Source of the DNA: a virus
Taxonomy: Duplodnaviria; Caudoviricetes
Length of the DNA stretch: 25,213 nt
Strand: one strand, 5' to 3'
IMG/VR virus record: IMGVR_UViG_3300044698_000045
Coordinates: 1-25,213 of that record
The notes beneath the pieces are model-generated. The model saw nothing but the letters and a program-made list of their open reading frames with translations. It ran no database searches and was not told the DNA's origin. A program made the translations under genes and the position numbers. The stretch's first letter is position 1; every line of letters starts with the position of its first letter. Below are positions 1 through 6,144 of this stretch, piece after piece.

Positions 1-85
1 CGGCTTTTCTCCAGACGGCGATGATCGTCAACGCCGAAGCTATTAGCGCCACCGCTGCGACAAAGAAAGTGAAGTTGTCCGTCAT
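1..85 (-). CDS. Partial small membrane protein (runs off the left edge), possibly lysis-related
   Basis: ATG at 85 after a purine-rich stretch. Translates MTDNFTFFVAAVALIASALTIIAVWRKA, one hydrophobic helix. Lies at the end of the late operon. Confidence 0.5.
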   Translation of the reverse strand, partial: MTDNFTFFVAAVALIASALTIIAVWRKA

Positions 86-121
86 CCTGCCCCCTTCACC
101 CGGCCTGCTGAGGCTCACGGG

Positions 122-313
122 TCATTGCTTTAAATAAATGTGCGGGTTAATGTCGTACCGTCTCAGTTTTCGCCCACATTCAGGGCAAGGGCCGATCATG
201 TCTTCTTCGGTGCAGTTTCGCAGGAACTCCGATCCGATTATCAGCTTGTGGCAATACGGACATTCGCCGTCAGGGCTACGGGGAGGATCGAGGCTTACCC
301 TTGCGGTTTTCAC
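122..313 (-). CDS. Small putative zinc-ribbon protein
   Basis: Two CxxC pairs (CPYC, CPEC). ATGA overlap with the upstream gene's stop at 310-313. Confidence 0.55.
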   Translation of the reverse strand: MKTARVSLDPPRSPDGECPYCHKLIIGSEFLRNCTEEDMIGPCPECGRKLRRYDINPHIYLKQ

Positions 314-732
314 GGGGCCACCTTTATCGTGTCAATTGGATTCCGGTCCCAGGAATGGAACTGCACCCCGAAAAACTCTGTAATAGCTGGGACCAGCCAC
401 ATACCGTCTTGTCGGCAGGTGTCGTAAAACTCTTCATCCACTTCAGTCTTATACTTCGGATCGAGTATCCCGGCCTGGATCATGCCAACAAGCACGTCAT
501 GGATAAGGGACGCCCGCATGTTTGATTTACGATCAGGAACCACGTTTGCGCCATTCCATGGGCAGCCCTCTTCAATGAGCAACACCCCGCAGGTCAACAG
601 TGAAACGAATTTCCCATAGATGTCGTGGTCTGGATGAATCTTGGTTTGATAGGCATGACGCCTGGCCGTGACGTACTTCATCCGGTCGCGGTAATAGACC
701 TCGGTGTCTATAGGACCGTCGTACTCACTCAT
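310..732 (-). CDS. DUF1353-like phage protein
   Basis: Start reassigned to the ATG at 732 (ATGA overlap, GGAG RBS). Motifs G.PWNGA and MRASLIHDVL...D..F resemble DUF1353-type proteins. Confidence 0.6.
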   Translation of the reverse strand: MSEYDGPIDTEVYYRDRMKYVTARRHAYQTKIHPDHDIYGKFVSLLTCGVLLIEEGCPWNGANVVPDRKSNMRASLIHDVLVGMIQAGILDPKYKTEVDEEFYDTCRQDGMWLVPAITEFFGVQFHSWDRNPIDTIKVAP

Positions 733-977
733 TTGCTCTCCCCCTTGAGCCACGTTCTCCCCCCGACATAGACCGCGCCCAGCAGATAGATGAGAGACGA
801 ATCGCTCCCAGTCTCCCCCTTGATCTGGTCGGCAATCGCCCGGACCTGAGCGGTTACATCGGATAATTGCTCGAGCGTGATGAAATCGTACAGTCCTATC
901 CGCTGGAAAAGCAGGTCGCCGAGGAAAGCTGCAACCACCCAAAACTCCGTCGATTTCGCGCCGCTCGCTGGTTTCAT
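729..977 (-). CDS. Putative holin-like membrane protein
   Basis: 82 aa. N-terminal KP..G.KSTEFW motif, two hydrophobic segments and a basic C-terminal end (YVGGRTWLK). Confidence 0.55.
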   Translation of the reverse strand: MKPASGAKSTEFWVVAAFLGDLLFQRIGLYDFITLEQLSDVTAQVRAIADQIKGETGSDSSLIYLLGAVYVGGRTWLKGESK

Positions 978-1492
978 TATTGCACCGTTGTCGTGGTGGT
1001 GGTCGGCGGGCTGTCGTTGGGGATACTGATGCTATTCCCATCATTCATGTCATTCCCGGTCAGGTGGGTTTCAATGTCTGAGTAGGTTGCACCTTCCGCA
1101 ACGTTGACCGTCCCTGGCCGTTTCAGCGCCTCATAGGCTACGAATCCAATGGCCCCGTAAGGCACGGCAGCGACCACATCACTGCTGATTTTCGATACCA
1201 GCTCGTAGCCGTTCATGCCACGGGCCGGATAGCCCTTGGCGACATCCACGAGCCCGCCGATGGCAATGAGCAGGCCGCACTGTTCAAACGACATCCCCGT
1301 GCAGTTGACCTGTGTCTTGCCTGCTGCCAGGCGATCATAATAGACCGCATCGTCGGACATTTCCTGGATGCCAATAATGTTTCCCGCCTGGTCATAGGTC
1401 GTGATTTTATTCAGGCCGTTATCAAATCCAGGCACCACGCAACCAGCCAGCATCAGAGTAATCCCCAAAGATAAAACGATAAACAGTCTCAT
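977..1492 (-). CDS. Lipoprotein of unknown function
   Basis: Signal peptide with lipobox LAG-C (MRLFIVLSLGITLMLAGC). Pro/Thr-rich C-terminus. Coupled to both neighbours. Confidence 0.7.
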   Translation of the reverse strand: MRLFIVLSLGITLMLAGCVVPGFDNGLNKITTYDQAGNIIGIQEMSDDAVYYDRLAAGKTQVNCTGMSFEQCGLLIAIGGLVDVAKGYPARGMNGYELVSKISSDVVAAVPYGAIGFVAYEALKRPGTVNVAEGATYSDIETHLTGNDMNDGNSISIPNDSPPTTTTTTVQ

Positions 1493-1731
1493 TTCCCTTC
1501 CTCTTTCGGTTTGACGATCAACTTTCCGTTGTATTCTAACACCTCGTACAGAGGCACCTCCGCCCCTTCCTCGATCTCCGAGAAGTGTGGGCTGGTGCCC
1601 TCGAACTCGTACATATAGCCTTCGTATGCGGACTGTACGCGGGTCGGGACCAGTTCGAGCATTTGCAGGATCGGGAGGATATTCCCATCATCCACCAGCC
1701 GGGCATCAGCGTAGAATCTTCCAAGTCTCAC
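1489..1731 (-). CDS. Hypothetical protein
   Basis: Open frame filling the gap. Likely GTG start at 1731 overlaps the upstream stop (GTGA); alternative ATG at 1743. Confidence 0.6.
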   Translation of the reverse strand: MRLGRFYADARLVDDGNILPILQMLELVPTRVQSAYEGYMYEFEGTSPHFSEIEEGAEVPLYEVLEYNGKLIVKPKEEGK

Positions 1732-2123
1732 AGTTCCCCCCATCCGTAGCAGTGTTTAGTTTCATGCTCTCGTACCCTCTCCCAATCAGCAACAATCCGG
1801 ATTTCGCAGACACATGGCTTCTCAGATGCCCAGGGCTTATCATCTCCGCACCACCGCTTCGCACACCCTTCCAGCGTGGGGAATCCCCAAACAATCAGCA
1901 TGGGATTGACGCCGAGTTTCAGACAAGCTGAGTAGATCCCGGATCCGTCTATGCTCTCCCTGATATCCACTTCCTCCGGGGTCAGCGCCCTACCTAGGTG
2001 TTTCTGCACTTCCGGCTGAAGCTGGGACTGCGGGAGCATGGTTGTGCAGCCAGCCAACCATAGAGTGGCAAGCAAGACCAGGATTGCGGTAACCCCTTCG
2101 ATTGCGTTCCGTGTCCAGTTCAT
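1728..2123 (-). CDS. Cys-rich lipoprotein with HExxH motif (putative zinc metallopeptidase-like)
   Basis: ATG at 2123 (ATGA overlap). Lipobox LAG-C. C-terminal VREHETKHC. Confidence 0.6.
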   Translation of the reverse strand: MNWTRNAIEGVTAILVLLATLWLAGCTTMLPQSQLQPEVQKHLGRALTPEEVDIRESIDGSGIYSACLKLGVNPMLIVWGFPTLEGCAKRWCGDDKPWASEKPCVCEIRIVADWERVREHETKHCYGWGEL

Positions 2124-2513
2124 TTCGCCCAAGCCCGGCCTTCCTCAATATTTTTGACCAGCCCAGGCGGCAACCAGTCGTACGACTGTGCCAGGGTCAA
2201 CTCATCCTGCAGGCTGTAGCGCGGAGTCGGCTCGTCTTTGTTGATCCGCTTCTTCATCAATGCCAGCAGGGGCGATTTCGCTACCAGCGAGGTAATCAAC
2301 CCCTGGGTAGGGGTAAATTGCTCCAGCGTCGCCAGCACCTGCGCCGGCTGCTCCGGCAGCGGTTGCATCCAGTCGGGCACGCAGACGTATGTCTCGCCAT
2401 CGATCTCGCCCAGGTCGATCATCCCCGGCTGGTCCTCGGCCGGTTCAGGCAGCTGCAGCTGGTAAACTGTGTAGGCATCGTTAGCCTTTTTTGTATTTAT
2501 AGAATTGAGGCAT
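2120..2513 (-). pseudogene. Hypothetical phage protein downstream of the Mtd-like gene, interrupted by an apparent 1-nt insertion in an A6 run
   Basis: Strong RBS (AAAGGAG) and ATG at 2513 give MPQFYKYKKG-stop (stop at 2481-2483). Removing one A from the run at 2487-2492 fuses it in frame with ORF 2120..2422 (MPQFYKYKKANDAYTVYQLQLPEPAEDQPGMIDLGEIDG...). Confidence 0.6.
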
Positions 2514-2643
2514 TTATTTCTCCTTTACTTTTCTCCTATGCAGCAGGACACACTCTTTGCAATGTTCAAGCAGCCCCTTCGGATTCCCTTGGGATTTTTT
2601 TACCTGCTTGCTGTAAAATTCAGATTCATCTTTAAGTCAACAA

Positions 2644-2760
2644 TTAAACCGGATAGCACGCACATCGAAAGCCCACGGAGATGCTCGAGTACGCCCGAGT
2701 GCTGTTCCAATAGGCCGCCCAAACCCCGGCATTCGTGCCGGCGCTCCAATACGCGCCGGA
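2644..2760 (-). other. Putative DGR variable region (VR)
   Basis: Conserved scaffold codons (GGC, TGG, AAT GCC GGG GTT TGG, GTG GGC TTT CGA) alternate with NNY codons (TAT, AGC, GCC, TAT, AAC, AGC, ACT, TAC, AGC, ATC, TCC) at positions that are AAY in typical template repeats. Confidence 0.65.
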
Positions 2761-4338
2761 CAACAGGCCCAGCATGTTGGTAAAATACTGATAATAATAG
2801 TCCGCACCGAACAGGTTGGATCCGGCCGGCGAAACGCCTGACAAGGAGACAGGGAAGCCAAGGCCAGCGGCCAGCCATCCAGCGCCGCTAGTACCATCAG
2901 ACAGCACCTGTCCGGCCCCGTCGCCGAACCGCTGCGCGAAACCATTGTTCGGGTAGGCCGTCTCGAATGCCGGGGCAAATGCGTCCATCATCGCCGCAAC
3001 GCCGGTTGCGCCCCAGTGATCGGTTGCGCCGGTCTCGCCGCTGGAGAAGGCCGACATCGCCACCGACTCCTTGGCCGTGTATAACGTGGCCTTGGTGATG
3101 GTCCCCGGATCTGCCACCGGGTCATAGTCCGCGGCGAATCCGCTGGAGTCTACGCCGTCCAGCGAGAAGTGATCGTCATCGACCCTGGTGATGGCGAACA
3201 GCTTGTCTTTCAGCCCGATCCATCCGGCTTGGGTGATGGCCAGCAGCATCACCACTGCGCCGGTGGCCTGGCCGTGCGCTGTCCAAGTGACAACGCAGGG
3301 GTTGGCCCTGGTCATCCCGGCAACCGCCACCGGCGAGACAATGCTCGTGATTCCGGTGCTGATTTCCCACATCAGCCCGTTGAGGTCTGCCACGCCGCAG
3401 TTTTGGCCGTTGTGGGCCGACTTGGCGAAGACGTTGCCGGCACCTCCGCCGTAGCCAGCGCTGCCGGTTTTACCACAGTTGCTGTATCCGTCCGACTCCC
3501 ATTTGACTGCCGTGTCGTTGGCATCGGCCAGGGCATTATTGTTGCAGCCCTTGGTGAAATTGATAACCCCGGCGGCATCGTACCAGGCGCACGAGTCAGC
3601 AGCCGTAGCCGCCTGGCCGTGGGCCATGGAGAGCAGCGCCAGGGCTGCGGTTACAAACCTGGAGTTGCAGAAAAATATTGACGATGGATTTATCGCCCCG
3701 TCCACGCCGTCCCGGGCATGGGCCGCATCGAGGGCAAAATAATAGGCATTGCCGGCGCAGGCGGTGAGATCCGCTATCGGGTTATGGTCTGCGTGTGTCG
3801 ATATCGGCAGGCCATTTTTAATCGAGCTGGCAATCCACCCCGTGCCGCTGGCCGACTTTGAGCACATATATTTATCGACCATAAACCCGCGCTTCTGCGC
3901 CCCGGCGTCGATAAACGCCCGGTGCAAGGCGTAGCCGGCCGAGTTGGCTGCCGCTACGCTGGCGAATGCCGACTCCGGCTTGACATCCACAGAGTTGACG
4001 CCATGCGCCGCATAGGTCGGATTGTCTGCATGCCCGATCCGGTAATAAAACGCCGGTACCCAGCACATGACCGAGCCGTCTTGATATTGGTAATTGCCGT
4101 AGTTATCATGGCCAACTGTCGCCGTCCCAGCCAAGGCGGTAAACCCGGTCGGCGTGCTGGGCGCCACCCCAACACCGAACCCGGCCGCGCCAGGTGCGCC
4201 GATATCGTTGGTTATGCCATTATTGCTCGCCGCCCTGCGCGCCCAATGTCCCCCAAGTGCCAGAGCATCACGGCTAACCAATACCACCGTGCCAGCAACA
4301 ATGGCCCTGAGTATGTCTCTACGATAAATTTTACTCAT
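2644..4338 (-). CDS. Mtd-like / FGE-type C-type-lectin-fold receptor-binding protein, probable DGR target, with Tat-like N-terminal signal
   Basis: Start reassigned to 4338 (GAGG RBS). Motifs VMCWVPAFYY, GFMVDKY, GVADLNGLMWE and C-terminal GAYWSAGTNAGVW...VGFRC are typical of CLec-fold DGR targets. N-terminus is YRRDILR, a hydrophobic stretch, then ALA. Confidence 0.8.
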   Translation of the reverse strand: MSKIYRRDILRAIVAGTVVLVSRDALALGGHWARRAASNNGITNDIGAPGAAGFGVGVAPSTPTGFTALAGTATVGHDNYGNYQYQDGSVMCWVPAFYYRIGHADNPTYAAHGVNSVDVKPESAFASVAAANSAGYALHRAFIDAGAQKRGFMVDKYMCSKSASGTGWIASSIKNGLPISTHADHNPIADLTACAGNAYYFALDAAHARDGVDGAINPSSIFFCNSRFVTAALALLSMAHGQAATAADSCAWYDAAGVINFTKGCNNNALADANDTAVKWESDGYSNCGKTGSAGYGGGAGNVFAKSAHNGQNCGVADLNGLMWEISTGITSIVSPVAVAGMTRANPCVVTWTAHGQATGAVVMLLAITQAGWIGLKDKLFAITRVDDDHFSLDGVDSSGFAADYDPVADPGTITKATLYTAKESVAMSAFSSGETGATDHWGATGVAAMMDAFAPAFETAYPNNGFAQRFGDGAGQVLSDGTSGAGWLAAGLGFPVSLSGVSPAGSNLFGADYYYQYFTNMLGLLSGAYWSAGTNAGVWAAYWNSTRAYSSISVGFRCACYPV

Positions 4339-4348
4339 CTTGTCAACC

Positions 4349-4855
4349 TCACTGCATGTCCAGGCCGGCGGCGAAACAGAACCAAACCGTTCCACCATCC
4401 ACCGTCATGCAGTCAATTACATCTACCCCTGCAGCGGTTAGCGATGGCACAGTCCCGCCAGCCCAATCAACAGAAGCGGGCCAGTTATATGTTTGACTCC
4501 CGCCGTTGGTCAGTATCAAAGTCAGGTTTCCCATTTTTCCGGAAGAGGGCGGATTACTGAATGTGGCCGTAGTTTCCCCGGTGTCGATCGTATCGGTGTA
4601 GCAATTCGAGACTGCCAGGCTGTACTCCGGGGTTGTGTCGCTACCCATCGTCGTACAGGTTTCGGAATAATTTGCAATCTCCGGCGCTGCGAACCAATCC
4701 CTCACCGCACCAGCCGGAGCGTAGCAGGTACTATCATCCCAGGTGGTTGCGTTGTAGGGGATAGGGGCGCGGCAGGGGGGATGGATGGCGGGAGGACCAG
4801 CCAGCGCCGGGCCAGCCAGTGCCAGCAGAATAAATGCAAGGATTAATCGTCTCAT
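4349..4855 (-). CDS. Predicted secreted protein with a tail-fibre-associated C-terminal beta domain
   Basis: Sec signal MRRLILAFILLALAGPALA. C-terminal TFSNPPSSG...LTLILTNGGSQTYNWPASVDWAGGTVPSLT..GVDVI resembles a domain common in phage tail-fibre-region proteins. Confidence 0.7.
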   Translation of the reverse strand: MRRLILAFILLALAGPALAGPPAIHPPCRAPIPYNATTWDDSTCYAPAGAVRDWFAAPEIANYSETCTTMGSDTTPEYSLAVSNCYTDTIDTGETTATFSNPPSSGKMGNLTLILTNGGSQTYNWPASVDWAGGTVPSLTAAGVDVIDCMTVDGGTVWFCFAAGLDMQ

Positions 4856-5352
4856 TACGGCACCCTCCGGAGCAGCAGGTAAAATGTGGCCGAAGCTACA
4901 GCGTTGTTTGTGGTCGAAATCGTCCAGGGTCGCCCGGTCACTGCCATTCGATAGGTTGGTATCCCAAGGAACGAGTTGTAAAACAGCGTCTCTTTCGCGA
5001 TCGTCGCGTCAATAAAGTCCGTCCCATTCGTGCCGAGAAGTGACAGGCCGATGGTTGCAGTCATCTGCTCTGTGATTTCAAGGTCCGTGTTATCGGTCGG
5101 AGCCGTGTCGCCCGGAAAGCTCACAATCTGCCAGGAGTACCACCCAGACAATTTACTCATGACCGTGGCGGACAGTGCAACGGACAGGCTGTTGTCTGTG
5201 TGGTGCGTGCAGAGCAACAGTATTTCGTCGCCAGCCTTTTGGTTGTCGCTGTAGATGTAGGTCGGATTGTCCCCGGACTCTACACAGGTGCCAGCGGCCC
5301 AGAGATTCCCGGCTACCAGGATCAGGGCCAGGGTAAAAAGTAAGCGTTTCAT
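4855..5352 (-). CDS. Predicted secreted hypothetical protein
   Basis: AAGGAGG RBS with ATG at 5352 (ATGA overlap). Sec signal MKRLLFTLALILVAGNLWA. Confidence 0.7.
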   Translation of the reverse strand: MKRLLFTLALILVAGNLWAAGTCVESGDNPTYIYSDNQKAGDEILLLCTHHTDNSLSVALSATVMSKLSGWYSWQIVSFPGDTAPTDNTDLEITEQMTATIGLSLLGTNGTDFIDATIAKETLFYNSFLGIPTYRMAVTGRPWTISTTNNAVASATFYLLLRRVP

Positions 5353-6137
5353 TGTTCCTCCTTGTACAGCCAATCGGCGTCAATTAAGGTTTTAAGACCG
5401 AGCGTCTTCATTACTTTTTTATAGTTTTCCGCATACTTCGCGGCCATTTCAGCAAGGAACTCCATCATAGACTCGTAGTCCGTTTTCCCGGAATCGATAA
5501 AGCCAGCCACCTCACGATGTCCCTCGATTGGCGATACGCCGAACTGTTCGAGCCACTCCTGGGTACCGTGCCCCATCCTCCCGGTTGCGATAAAATCCCG
5601 GATACCGTTGCGGAATGCCGACTTCAGGTTGTGCAGGATTTCATCTGCTTCCATGTCCGCTTCGTCCCATCGTTCCGCGATCCCTTTTGACTCCCTGATT
5701 TCCTCATAGGCCGCGGTCAAGGAGCCGATTTCCTTCAGCGCGGCCTCCATGTTCGCGGCGATCATTCCGGCCTCGCAGCGCAACCGTTCAACCCATATCA
5801 GTTCCTTCTTGCTGGCCAGGTCACCTAACCGCTCAATATCCTCAATATCCGCCTGCCGATCCTGAAGGTTAAAATAAGCCTCCTGGAGCGCCTGGCGTTT
5901 GGTGTTGATCTGCGCCGCTATCTGGCGCAGAGTGCGGTACGGTGCACCGACAGACAGCATGGTCAGGGTCCGCAGCTTCATATCGGTCTGCGTGTTCCGT
6001 TTCGAGAATATTTGCAGGGTCCGATTGGCTTCAACCATTCGGGACTCGATCAGGGCCATTTTTTCAGGGGTGATTGTGGCGAAATTAGCAGGCCCAGTGA
6101 AGATTCCAGACAATTTGGTAATGGTCAGATCGTTCAT
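5349..6137 (-). CDS. Alpha-helical/coiled-coil phage protein of unknown function
   Basis: Long ORF rich in charged helical heptads. Probable start at 6137 (MNDLTITK), just after the propeller gene stop. Confidence 0.7.
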   Translation of the reverse strand: MNDLTITKLSGIFTGPANFATITPEKMALIESRMVEANRTLQIFSKRNTQTDMKLRTLTMLSVGAPYRTLRQIAAQINTKRQALQEAYFNLQDRQADIEDIERLGDLASKKELIWVERLRCEAGMIAANMEAALKEIGSLTAAYEEIRESKGIAERWDEADMEADEILHNLKSAFRNGIRDFIATGRMGHGTQEWLEQFGVSPIEGHREVAGFIDSGKTDYESMMEFLAEMAAKYAENYKKVMKTLGLKTLIDADWLYKEEQ

Positions 6138-6144
6138 TTTGTTT

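Noticed and set aside
96-125. ATG-initiated ORF overlapping the stop of the Zn-ribbon gene
   Set aside because: Only nine codons, with no supporting evidence.
733-1044. N-terminal extension of the 244-aa ORF 310..1044
   Set aside because: It overlaps the holin-like and lipoprotein genes. The ATG at 732 has an RBS and an ATGA overlap.
977-2123. Spanin pair
   Set aside because: The lipoproteins are not paired with an evident inner-membrane coiled-coil i-spanin in this window, so the call is unsupported.
1-2643. DGR template repeat, avd or reverse transcriptase downstream of the target gene
   Set aside because: I found no AAC-rich copy of the VR and no ORF with RT (YxDD) or Avd-like features by eye.
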